A stretch of DNA of 63,410 nucleotides, counting the filler, from Folioceros fuciformis (lineage: Eukaryota): the NCBI GenBank assembly GCA_049999805.1. It is 11 parts of 11 records of this genome, joined end to end, with 100 filler letters (N's around TTAATTAATTAA, not from the genome) between each part and the next. Parts side by side here need not be neighbours in the genome. Positions count along the whole stretch, not along the records: positions 12,402 to 16,833 come from JBNGIO010002154.1; positions 16,934 to 22,652 come from JBNGIO010002155.1; positions 22,753 to 39,187 come from JBNGIO010002156.1; 8 more parts are not named here. One strand, 5' to 3'. Below are positions 12,402 to 24,570 of the stretch, piece after piece. The translations under genes and the position numbers were made by a program. Below the pieces are notes generated by a model. That model ran no database searches. It saw nothing but the letters and a program-made list of their open reading frames with translations, and was not told the DNA's origin. The stretch's first letter is position 1. Each line of letters opens with the position of its first letter.

Positions 12402-15329
12402 CCGGTCTCGTCCCGAATATCCCCACTGCTCTCCAAAAACACGTCCATGCCATCGTAGTTAAATCTGATCAAGTTACGCGCAATGCTATACTGATGAGAC
12501 TGCATACCGCAGAGACCATCGAACAAGATCTGTCGTAACTTGACCTGCAATGCACAAGCAATGGCCATGTCATCAAACCCAAGAGAGGTTATATGGCTAA
12601 CAAAAGAGACAGCTCAGACGGCAACGTACCTGGAATCTTGGAAAGCAGCCTGGACCGAGAAATGTCTTTGTTTCATCTCGGCATTGTAGCCGCCTGCCTA
12701 CGTAATTGTACTTGGATGCCGCACCACCTTTCCAGTCCAACTGTCGTTTCCCTTGAAGAGCTTTACCTTCAGCGTCATCCAAGGTGAAGGGAACGAAGAA
12801 TCCTGGCCTTCGATTGGCATGATCTTCGTAGCACAAGTTTAGTCTCTTCATCAATAATACCAGATATTCAACACGAATCCCCTGCACTTGCGTATGGTCG
12901 AGGATGTGGGCCAAGGTTGCTTTCAGGAAACGTTCAGAAACAAATCCATCATTGAATCTTCCCAAGCACGGCTGTCCGGCTAGGCGCTGAATGAGGCGGC
13001 CCAGAAACGAATGACTGATCCATTGTGGATTCACCACCACAGCATCTACATCTTGGAACCAGATGACTCTGCCTGCATTGTGGAGATAGGCAAGAATTGC
13101 TTGAAGACGTTGCTCATCATCTTGTTGAAACAACTCTTTGCACCGCTCCTTGCTGACAATAGGCTCAGCTGGATTTTGAGATACCCACTGTGTCAAAACA
13201 GCACTGAATCGGTTGCATGGCTCCGGAACCCAAAACAGAGGAAGTGCAAATAGCTGTCGAAACGATTGGAATAGTTCCTCCAGCAAGGGGTGCACGGTGT
13301 GCGTAGATCGAGCATCCATGAAGAATAGATGGGTTGTCGTTACATGAAGTACGTCCTCAAAAGCCTTGGCCAACTCGTCCACGACTGGTTGCAGCAGTTC
13401 GACTAGTGTTTCAGCCTCCAGAGCCTGCATCTGATCCTTATGAGTGACAACCACAAATACCCGAGGCAAACAAGAACCCACGTTGCGAGAATTAGAGTGG
13501 ATGAACCTAAGCCAGAACTTGAAGCTGTTTGTGAACTTGTCCAACAGCATTTCAGTAGACGGTAGCGGTCCGCCAGGCTTGCGGGCCTCAAATGGGTTGA
13601 ACGCGAACAAGAAGACACAAGTCTGGTTGAAGCTCGGAAACAAGTAATCTTGCAGAACTCGGTAGTGAGCTTGTCCAGCGAGATCCCAAATGGTAATTTC
13701 CATCTCGTCGTCGTTGCGCAGCACCTCGATTTCTATGCCTTCGGTTCTGGGGACAGTACCCACCTGGCTGGGTGATGCTGCTCCTGTGCGTGGAACATTA
13801 CCGAACCGGGGACGTCTCCAAGCTAGAGACCGTTGTTCCCACAATTGGACTTGGTTGGCTGATGCGGCTGCTGTACAATGTGACGTGTGTGGTTGCAGTG
13901 CGCGCCATGCGGTGGTCATGGTGGTGCGGAGAGTAGTCTTCCCCGCATAAGGTGCACCGCACAGGAAAAGACGGCCGACCCTAGGCTTCACAGCCTCTTG
14001 CCCCTCCAAAAGCAAAGGCCAGTAGGCCCTGTGGCTAACATTGCGTGCCAACGTCGCGTTGATGATGGCGTGCTTTCCCTCTCTCCCCCAGTTTGTGTAC
14101 TCTACGTCGATTTTCTGTAAAGTGGTATTGACTTGCAGGTACTGCATCAACTCTCTGAATAGCTCATCGTCGAGTGTCCAAGAATCCGAAATGTTGAGCT
14201 CATTCAAAGAAGTATTTTTCCCCAAAGACTGCACCAACGCTTTCATGAAAGGGGGCGAGTTTATCGAGTACAAAGTCAGGATACGTAATGCTTTGCATTC
14301 CAGAAAGAACATCGGAAATTCACTTAACGACTCGTCACCGTGATAGTCGAACAACTCAAGTTTGGAGAGGGTGGAGTTGTGGCGCCAGGCGTCCAGGCCG
14401 AATTTGAGAACACAGTCGCTGATCCTAAGCTCCGTGATACAATCGTTTGTGCCCAACATTCCGGCCAGCGCGTCGGCCAGGCCTGGCTCCTCGCTGTTCC
14501 AGATATTCAACGTCAGCTTGGTGACCCCAGATATGGGGGTATCAGCCTCAGCATCAGCACGGGCGAAAGCAAGTTTGCACACAGTGCTGATGGGCCCCAG
14601 GTTGCCCTGTACGGAACCCCTACCTGGATTACGCAAACCCGGATATTTATCATCCAAATAAAGCTCCCGGAGCGGGGCACAGAGCGGAAGAGCGTTTGCA
14701 ATACACTGGGCTCCCGCCTCATCCATGCCAATACGTCGCAGATTTAGGGTATTGAGACGGGGAGCGGTGGCCAGCATGCGAGCCAGGTGCTGTGCCCCTT
14801 CACCATCTCCCACTCTGTTATGGCATAGGTCCAAGTACTCTAGGACAGAAGCCTGGTTGAAGCCATCGACCAGGGCACCAAGTCCAGCGGCATCAAGCCC
14901 TATCTCAGTTGCGTGCAGCCGTCGCAAGCTGCGACTGGAAGCAATAAGCTGGCCCAAGGCCTTGCAACCCGCCAGCCTTCCAAAACCTGAGCACTGATAC
15001 AGATCAAGAGATTCCAGGAAAGGGTTGGATGCCAGGCCCCCCAACAGAACCGCGCATTCATCCTCCCGACCGATGCCGATTTCCCACCGTTTAGATATCT
15101 TCAGGCGGCCGTGGAGACTGCGGCACTGGCCGATAGCTGTTAATACCCGCTTGCGCACTCGCCAGTGCCTGCCATCCGTGCTCGTTGAAGCACTCCTTTT
15201 AAAGAAATCGCCGTACTCCTTCCTGTCCAAGTTGGGGAGTTTGGAAAGGGCATTCCCTTCCAGATGTTCCAGCAGCTGTTGGAGCTTATCCGGCAACTCG
15301 CGCCGGTCATAGTCCTCCTGCTCCGCCAT
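12402..15329 (-). CDS. TORNADO1-like ROCO protein (RNI-like LRRs + Roc GTPase + COR), 3'-truncated
   Basis: N-terminal RI-type LRRs; P-loop LFLCGAPYAGKTTL; switch RTEGIEI; G3 IWDLAGQ; G4 VVVTHKD; COR segment GRRLQC..PGCFPRFQ. Intron 12545-12629, then VKLRQ... exon running into the gap. Confidence 0.88.
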
Positions 15330-15402
15330 GCTGTGCTCAGCTGCGCTTTCCTATGCAAGCAAATATGATGAATGGATTGTATGTATCATCCGTTTTGTAG
15401 CA

Positions 15403-15775
15403 GGGACAGCACCCTCACAGCACACACTCGAGGATTGCGACACTAGACAAGGACAGGCTACGGGACAGCCACCTCACAAGCACACACGCGCGGAGGATTG
15501 GGAGACCAGACAAGGATAGGCCAGCAGCCAGCAACCTCCCAACCACACACTAGTGGAGGATTGGCAGACCACACAAGGATAGGCTAGGGGACGGAGACAT
15601 CAACCTCACAGCACACACACTCGAGGAGGATAGGCAGACCAAAAAAGGATAGGCTAGGGGACGGGGACATCAACCTCACAGCGCACACACTCGAGGAGGA
15701 TTGGCAGACAACACAAGGATAGGCTAGGGGACGTCAACCTCCCAGCGCACACACTGGGGGAGGATTGGGACACCG
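15403..15775. repeat. Degenerate tandem repeat, ~63-70 bp unit, ~6 copies, immediately upstream of the TRN1-like start
   Basis: Recurring core caaggataggctagggg...caacctcacagcacacacactcgaggaggattggcagac at ~15448, 15511, 15574, 15644 and 15714. Confidence 0.8.
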
Positions 15776-16933
15776 TACAAGAGTCTTGAATCTCCGGGAG
15801 ACGAGAAGGTTGAGAGGTAGCCGGCAAGAGAGCTGACGGGCATCACTCACTCTCCACTCATCAACGCGTGAGCGTGCTGGGCTTTTGCCTTTCCCCACGC
15901 TCTCTTTCTCTCTGTCTGTGACCAGTGGATATTCCTCCTCCATACTTGCGCGCAGTATTTTAACTACCCACACCTTGGTGTTGTGGACTCACTGGGCCAG
16001 CCAGCAGGGTGGACAGGAAAGCTAAACCTTTCTAAGCTGCTGCTCCCAACTCTCCTTTGAATTCCCTCCCCCCTACTTGTCACAACACGACATGACTCTT
16101 GCTACACTGGCGCTTGCACGAAAGATGCCTTCCTTGTTGTAAAGGAATGTAGGTACGGTACGTTGGTTTGTGGACGGTAGGACCCAGCACGTAAGCTCCG
16201 CCCAGCTAGGGTCCTAGCCCATTCATCGTCATCCCTTCCTTTGGCCTCATCAGGAGGAAACGCGGTTGGTCCGGACCAAGCGCGTTGAATGAGAATGCCC
16301 TCTTGGGTTCCTTCAAGTCCACCGTTTTAGTGTACCTTGTATACACATATCATGCCTGCCGCGGGGAGAAAAGTCAGATCGCTTGCATATGCAAAAGAGG
16401 AACAGTCCGTTTGTCATTCTAAGCTGTGAGCGCATCAGAAAGGTGAGGACGCTGCTGCCTCAATGACATGTGGCACCTGCCTATGGCATACCAAAGCGGA
16501 CACGCCCCCTCTCTCTAGAATTTTTTACGAACACGCGAGTTTGAGGCCAAAACCGAAACCAAACCGGACATTTGACACATGCATCTGGAAAAACTTGTCT
16601 GGAGACCACTTCAAACACGTTTCCGCGGATCAAAAAAAGCTGCCACCAGCCTAGCCAAATCTCTCGCCGCCTATTCTCTGCCTTTCGTGCTCGGGGTTCA
16701 GAGTTTGGCCTGCCTTATCCCTTCCGACGCACACGCTTTCCCCCATCCGCCAAGCTTGCTTGGGCTCATGCGCTCAGCCACCCCCCCTCCCCCTTCTTGC
16801 CAACGCCCTCCACCTCCGTCATGGACAGCCTCANNNNNNNNNNNNNNNNNNNNNNNNNNNNNNNNNNNNNNNNNNNNTTAATTAATTAANNNNNNNNNNN
16901 NNNNNNNNNNNNNNNNNNNNNNNNNNNNNNNNN

Positions 16934-17846
16934 AGATAAGAAACGTCATGAAGTGCACCTCTTCATTCAAAAGAAAAAAAGGAGCCGGCTGATACTAACC
17001 GCTCATGTCCCTTGGGTGTGCAGACCTGGACCAATGAGGTAGCGCGCCAGGTTCTTTGGTGAAGAGGCGTGACGGAAGAGGCGTCGTTTCAAATCAGGAG
17101 CCGGCCAGTGTCGGATTGCTCCTACGCCTCAGCCGCGCCACCGCGCTACAGCAATCGCTTCAAGATTGCGGTGGGGATGAGGGTGAGGCCAATCTCTCGC
17201 GTTGGAGTTGCTCCGCAGTGGCGAGATGATCAACCATTTGCCCTTGAGTAATGAGGATGCGCGACAGGAGAATCTCGGCTCGATCCAATGATGCTTGCAA
17301 TTTCTTCGAGATGCATCTGAACTCTGATCTGTGGATAGCCGTCGCTCCTTCCCGCTGACCGAAAGTGGTGTGTGTTGGATCAGATTGGTGCAGGACGGGA
17401 GATGGTTGAACAGTGTCTGATGCCGGCAAGCAATCAAGGTTGGGAACCGATGATCGGTGGTAAGTTGGAGTCAAGGCCTCCTCCACAGACACATGTTCCT
17501 ATGTTCAAACCATTATTTTATTATTTAATATTATTATATATTATTTAATATTATATATCTTTAATTAATATTAAACTAATCACCCAACCATATGGCCTGG
17601 TACCGAACCTAAACCTTCCCAGGTCTGGGACCAAACCTATGCCCACTCTTATAACCAAACCAACTATTTCCTGGTCAATTAACCTAATTAGCACAAAGAA
17701 AAATAGGAAAAATGATCAGAAAATCAAGGAAAATTAGGGAAAATAAGTTGAAAAAGAAAACCAAACCATACCACTATTAACCCTTTTTCAACCGAAACAA
17801 ACTACTACCCCAAACTTTGGAGGTTCACACCTCTCCCCGGCCTTCT
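16934..17846 (-). mobile_element. 3' LTR (begins at 17829, distal end not resolved) with polypurine tract (17830-17846) of an LTR retrotransposon
   Basis: Minus strand reads AGAAGGCCGGGGAGAGG|TGTGAACCTCC (PPT then TG). The same LTR start is found as an insertion at 3653. Confidence 0.8.
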
Positions 17847-17924
17847 ATGATTTCTCCCTTCCTAATCCATATTTACTGTTATGCTAACCTCTGGTTTGAA
17901 CTGGAAGTGTTAGCCTCACTGCAT

Positions 17925-19873
17925 ATGTGGAGGTCGATAAGGGATGTGAAGTGGAAGCCCGTCAAGCCAGTGGGAGCCGACTCCAGCAGCTAGGAGTCGG
18001 GCGATGCGGACAGCTCGGAGGAAGGGACCCCCGCCAGGCAGAAGAGGAAGGTAGGGTTAGGGAAAAAGACTCCCGCCAAGAGGAGACGGGCCAGTGGCCA
18101 TATTGCCAGGAGAGGAAGCGGGTCAACGTCACAAGAGGCAGCCCTGGAGCAGGCTGAGGAGGAGCAAGGAGTTGCTCAAGAGCCAGCAGACCAAGAGCCA
18201 GCGGAGCAGGAACCCAACGAGGTGGAGCCAAAAGCACCTCAGGAGCAAGTGCCAGAAATGGAAGTGGCCCCTCCTAAGGATATGAGGGAATTAGAGCACG
18301 TTCCAGAGCAGGAAATCTTTCCAGAATGGGAAGATATTTTTAGAAAAATCCCGCAGGTGAATCGGCTGCAGGCAGGGGAGCTGGAGAAGTTACGAGCGCT
18401 GCTGAGGAGGTAGATAACCCAGAGGGGAAAGGCTCCTGTGGGGTCATAGGAGGTGGATCTGCAGGGACTAACCTTAGCTATGGTGTAGGCACAAGCGGAC
18501 CTGCTGGACCAGGTGGGCAGGGCGCTGACCTGGCTGAGCATGCAGGCTGAGAGGGAGGCTGAGGCCCAAAGTAAGGAGGCAGAGGTAAGAGGAAAGGAGG
18601 TCAAAGCCTGGAGACAGCTGGCGGAGTCTGAGACGGCACAGTGGCTCCTAGAAGAGATGCAGCGGGCCCTGAGTGAGGATAAGGCACAGTCGGAGGAAGA
18701 GGCGCGCCAGGCTAAGGCAGAGATCCAGGCGCCGAAGGAGCAATAGGGGTCGCTCCTAGCTCAGGTGAGGGAAGCCCACGAGACTAATCTGGAAATGCAA
18801 CAGGAAATGGCTAAGGCTCAGGAGCAGGAGATGGCTGCGATGGAACAAGTCCAGAAGCTGGCTGACAGGTACAAACGGGAGCGGGACGAGGCCAAGGACC
18901 GAGTAAAAGGGAAGGGCAAGGCTGGGCGCAGTATCCGGACGGCGACGTCGGTAGCCGAAGGGGCTACCGGTAGTCGAGTCCCAGTACCGATGGCCGACGG
19001 GGCTACCGGTAGTTGAGTCCCAGTACCGATGGTCGACGGGGCTACCGATAGCCGAGCAACTGTGTCGGTAGCTGACAGGGCTATCGGTAGTCTCGCGACA
19101 CCTGAGGTAGCCGAAGGGGCTACCGGTAGAGGAGGGACGACGTCAGTAGCTGAAGCCATCACGCCGGTAGCCGAAGTCACAACCCCGGCAACCGAAGAGG
19201 TGATGGCGGAGGTGCCTGTGCCCAGGCGTTCCAGGAGGGTGACTCGCACCAGGCGGACTGAGCAAGGGGAAGCAGCAGCAGCTGGAGGGATGGAGGACTC
19301 TCAGGTACCCCAGGAGAGCAGGGGACAGGCAGCCCGAGGTAGCCCAAGGGAGGAAGGGGTAAGCACCTCCTTTATGACAGAGGGTCAAGTTGTGCTGCAG
19401 TATGAGGAGGAGGCCTCTTATGTGCCGAGCCTCTATGTGGAAGGAGCCCGAGTTTTAAAGCTGTTTTTGTATGTACGCATCGGCACAGGAGGGACGCAGG
19501 GCTACAGCCTGCAACTAAGGACCCACAAGGACATCTACTACTACCGCTGGCGGGTGTGGGGTCTGCCTCATTGCTATTCCGAGGCAGTCCTGGAGGAACT
19601 GACAGAGGAGGAGGCGCAGTAGTGGGTTGAGCGGGAGCCTGTTCTCATCCTCAGCAATTGGCGACGGAGGGAGGAGAGGGATTCCCTACGACGAGACCCA
19701 CCTACACCGCCACCAGCCAGGACCAGCAGCAGCAGCAGTGAGGTAAAGGTCCTGTGGGAGGACCTTCCTGACCAGCAGTGGGGCAGGAGGGCCAGAGGTG
19801 GACCAGTAGGGGGAGGAGCGCAATGGCCAGGAGGAAGGCACGAGTCTGAGGCCCAACTTGCTCTCCTTGTGTG
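17925..19873 (+). pseudogene. Decayed ~650-codon coiled-coil/low-complexity accessory ORF, antisense to the LTR element
   Basis: ORF pieces 18222, 18513, 18765 and 19029 plus ATG 17925 are all in one frame, separated only by TAG/TGA stops. Basic NLS-like patch (KRKVGLGKKTPAKRRR), Glu/Gln-rich heptads and VAEGATG repeats. Confidence 0.75.
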
Positions 19874-21617
19874 AACATGAGCCATTGAAGTCTATTGATC
19901 CAAGTACCACGGCTCCGGCATTTTTTTCGCACCCGTGACGTTTTTAGGGCGAGGAAATGCCAAGCGAAATAATGGCGCTAGCAGCAAAGAGAGAGGCGAT
20001 AGTAATTACAGTCTAGACTAGTTTTTTGTTTAGATTGTTTTTGCTTGGACCTAAGCCGCTCAGAATTTAAGAGCGCTAACTGACCCCTAACAAACTTTAT
20101 GGTGGAAGACCGCCACTACCGTGTACAAGAGGCCAGTTTGGGGCCTCGGGAAAATCAGCAAAAACCAGCCCAACATTTTAACCTTGTGGAAGCCTAGCGA
20201 TGGCCGTTGCTGGACGGGAGGTCCAGGCAAGCGAGTGCACGTAGTGTTCTGAGGGCGTGGGTGCAGGTGGTGGATGCTCCGTGACCGGGGTCCGAGGGCG
20301 AATCGGGAGGAGAGACCTCGCCGAGTGGGAGACGAGCTCCCCAGCTACCCTCGGGACGATCGCGTGGAGTGGTGAGAGTGTCAGAGGCCGAATCCGCGAG
20401 TTCGGAGTGGAAGTGGAAACCCCTTCCCTTAGCCTTTGGTGACCCATTATTCCTCCAAGCTTTAGAGAGAAGAGAAGGCCCTGGAGGGGCGAGTCGGAGA
20501 AAGGTGACGAGAGTGGCGAGTGGACTAAGAAATGAGAGTGTGTGAGTAAGCGTGTCGGTGATCATGTGAACTGGGGGCAGTACCGAGTGACCGCTGTTGC
20601 GGAGCTGTGAGTGGACGCCGGTCGCGAGTGTGGCGACGGGGGAAAAAGGAAGTAGCGGTGTTGCTGAAAGGCTGGTGCAGCTGTGTGCGAGCTGTGAGTG
20701 AGTCAAGAGTTGAGCTGAGGAGTGTAAATCGGAGAGAGGGGCAGGTTGCGCTGCAGGTGTGTGACTGTGGCCGGTGAATGAATGGAGCCTGAGTGGGTGT
20801 GAGAAGTTTGGTCTAAGGTTGCGAGCAGAATGCGGCAATGGGTAAGATCACGCTGACTGATTAAGCGCGGTGTGTGGGTGTGTGTGTGTGTGAGTGCGCT
20901 GTCATGTGTAGTGAAGCGCAAGGGTTCCTAAGGGAAACGGGAAGGGCCTGTGACGAATGCGGGCAGAGAGTTGGTATGTATATGTGTGTGAACTGAACGC
21001 CGATGAGATTCGGGTTGGGGTGGGTGATGAGCAACGGTGAGTGAATGGAAGGATGTGAGCCGTGCGGAAAGAACGGTCGTAGGTGAGAGAGGACTAAGAA
21101 GGATCACAGCCGTCAGGAGGTGTAAGTCGAAAAGTAAGTCCGTGGAGTAAGTTAGAGAGAGAGTGTGAAGAGAGGGAGGGAGAGAGTAAAAAAGAGAGAG
21201 AGCGAGAGTGGGCCCCACCGAGGTAGCCAGTTGGGCAACTGTTGTAGAGGGACAACGGGGGTAGCTGAGCGTAGCGGTAGCCGTAAGGGCAAAGGGGTAG
21301 TCGGAGAACGATAGTTGGAGTAACCCTCACACCGATAGCCGATTAGGCCCGTCAGGTAGTCCCGAGTCAAGGTAGTTGAGGAGGTGACGGCGGTAGCCGG
21401 GTCACAACTAGATCAAGGTAGTTAAATAGGAGATAGACGAGCGGTAGGAGGGCAGGACTGACCCTGGGTAGTAACTGATTTTGTGAGAGAACCTGTGTTA
21501 TTTAACACAAATCATTCCCTTGGGATCGAATTCCAGTGCTATAACGACAAAGAGGGTTTGTGTGGACCTTGCAGCACCCCTGGGTGCAATATTTTCCCCC
21601 ACACTTACCTTGTGTCT

Positions 21618-22652
21618 GAACTGGAGGTACTCGCCTCACTGCATATGTGGAGGCCGATAAGGGATGTGAAGTGGAAGCCCCGCCGAGCCAGTGGGAGCCG
21701 ACTCCAGCAACTCAGAGCCGGGCCGGCGTAGATAGCTCGGAGGAAGAGACCCCCACTAGGCAGAAGAGGAAGGCGGGGGCAAGGAAGAAGACTCATGCCA
21801 AAAAGAGAAGGGCCAGTGGGCAGATCGCCAGGAGAGGAAGCGGGCCAGCGCCACATGAGGCAGCCCCGAAACAGGTTGAACAGGAACCAGCAGCCCAGGA
21901 GCTAGCAGACTAGGAGCCAGCAGACCAGGAGCTAGCGAAGCAGGAACAGAACGAGGAGGAGTCAAAGGCACCTCAAGAGCAGGTGCCAAAAATGGAAGTG
22001 GCCCCTCCTGAGGTCATGAGCGAATTAGGGCATGTTCCGGTATAGGAAGTCTTCCCAGGATGGGAAGATGTTTTTAGAAAAATTCCTCTGATAGATAGGC
22101 TACAAGCAGGGGAGCTGGAGAGACTGCGAGCGCTGTTGGGGAGGTAGATAACCAAGAGGGGAATGGCTCCTGTGGAGTCACAAGAAGTGGATCTGCCGGG
22201 ATTAACCTCAGCTATGGTGCAGGCACAAGCGGACTTGCTGGACCAGGCGGCCAGGGCGCTGACTTGGCTGAGCATGCAGGCGGAGAGGGAGGCTGAGGCC
22301 CGGATCAAGAAGGCAGAGGCAAGAGGGAAGGAGGCCGAAGCCTGGAGGCAGCTGGCGGAGTCCGAGACGGCACGGCGGCTCCTGGAGGAGAAGCAACGGG
22401 TCCTGAGTGAGGACAAGGCACAGGTGGAGGAAGAGGTGCGCCAGGCGAAGGCAGAGATACAGGCGCTGAAGGAGCAAAAGGGGATACTCATAGCTCAGGG
22501 GAGGGAAGCCCACGAGACTAATTCTGAAAATGCGATAGGAAATGGCTAAGGTTGAGGAGCAGGAGATGGTTGTGATGGAACAAGTCCAGAAGCTAGCCGA
22601 CAGGTACAAACGAGAGCGGGACGAGGACAAGGAGCGAGTAAAGGGGAAGGGC
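21618..22652 (+). pseudogene. Second, diverged copy of the accessory coiled-coil ORF (truncated by gap)
   Basis: Colinear homology with 17898-18915 (ELEVLASLHMWR.IRDVKWKP; RALTWLSMQAEREAEA). ATG 21645 is exactly 3720 nt from ATG 17925. Confidence 0.85.
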
Positions 22653-22814
22653 NNNNNNNNNNNNNNNNNNNNNNNNNNNNNNNNNNNNNNNNNNNNTTAA
22701 TTAATTAANNNNNNNNNNNNNNNNNNNNNNNNNNNNNNNNNNNNNNNNNNNNGCGCTAGCGGGGCTGGATAGCAGTGCCACAGCAGGGGAAATGGCTAGC
22801 TTGCCTAGCGTCAG

Positions 22815-24305
22815 CCTACATGGATGCGGCTACAACCATCAATAGGGATGCGGCACCAACAAATAAACACCTCATGCACGCCCATATGCTAGGACATCTC
22901 AATCGCAACAACAACAATGAATACGGATGCAATAATAAAATGAAAAGGGATGCGGCACCACAGTGATGAATAGGGATACGGCTACAACCAAGAATGGAGA
23001 TGCAAGTACAACCATGAATAGCGATGCGGCAACAGCCCATCAACAGGGATACTTCTACAACCAAGAATAGGGATCCATGTACAACCATGGACATGGATGT
23101 GACAACAGCGCATTAACAAGGATGTAGCAACAATGGATGAACAAGGATGCAGCAACAACAATGAACAAGGATGCGAATAAGCCATACGTCTTATAATTTA
23201 AGGTACATAAATAACTTTGAGTATATAAGGAGCCCATAAGCCATAAATCTTATAATTTAGGGTACATAAATAACTTTGAGTATAGAAGGAGCCCATAATC
23301 CATAAGTCTCCCATAGTTTATACTTTCAAGGAGAAATGTTGGTTTCCTCTTTCTCCATTGGCTTCCTCCCGTAGTATATATTTTCAAGGAGAGTTGTTGG
23401 TTTCCTCTTTCTCCATCAGCTTCTTCCCATAGTTTGTACTTTCTAGGAGAAATGTTGGTTTCCTTTTTCTCTATCGGCTTCTTCCATAGAGTATACTTTC
23501 AAGCGAAGCTAGACTTATGGAGGATCGATCACATGCAACTAGAGTAATAGATATGTGACCAATAATACTTTATTATATGAACAAGGATGCGGCACCAACA
23601 TATGAACACGAATGTGGCACCAACATATGAACAGGGATGCAGCTACAACCACGAATACCATAATACCTTTTTATAATGAATAAGGATAGGGATAGGGCTG
23701 CAAGGGTTATCAACAAGGATGCGGCTACAACCATTAATAGGGATGCGGCATCAACAAATGAACAAGGATGCGGCACCAACCACGAACATAATAATACTTT
23801 ATTATAATGGCTAAGGATAGGGATATAGCTGCAACAACAATCAACAAGGATGCGGCTACAACCATCAATGGGGATGCGGCACCAACAAATGAACACTTCA
23901 TGTGCGCCCATATGCTAGGACACCTCAATCACAACAACAACAATGAATACGGATGCAGTAATAGAATAAAAAGGGTTGCACAGTGCATCAGTAGGCATGC
24001 AACGACAGCGGATGAATAAGGATACGGCAACAAAGGGATGAATAGGGATATGGCTACAACCAAGAATAGAGATGCAGGTAGAACCATGAACAACGATGCG
24101 GCAACAGCACGTCAACAAGGATACTGCTACAACCAAGAATAGGGATGCAGCAATAGCGCATTAACATGGATGCGGCAATAGCACATTAACAAGGATGCGG
24201 CAACAACGGATGAACAAGGATGCGACAACAACAGAAGAATAGGGATGCGGCAACAATGATCAACAAGGATACAGCTACAACCAAGAATAGGGATGTGGCA
24301 CCAAC
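22815..24305. repeat. Complex degenerate tandem-repeat region (aacaaggatgcggcaacaac-type core, plus ~60-bp repeats at 23180-23500)
   Basis: Many copies of the ggatgcggc(a/t)acaac motif; a larger duplication between ~22822 and ~23848. Confidence 0.8.
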
Positions 24306-24570
24306 AAGGCATACCAAGGTTGCTGGTCATCCTTCCACTCTTTGGTAGTTTACTACACATGAGATCGACGAAAGGGGTAGCTTTCTCTACTCCTCCTCCT
24401 TCGATGTGAGTAGGTGATTACGCTTATAATCCATAGATGCCTCCCCTTGGGTGCTTCCTCCCCATCATACGCACCAAGGCTACTGGCCATCCTTCCACTT
24501 TTTGGTGGTTTATTGCTCACAAGATCGACCAAAGGAATAGCTTTCTCTACTCCTCCTCCCTCGATATGAC

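Noticed and set aside
20178-21370. Minus-strand His/Ser/Leu-rich ORFs
   Set aside because: Composition reflects GA/GT-rich non-coding TE sequence; no gag/pol/env motifs were found.
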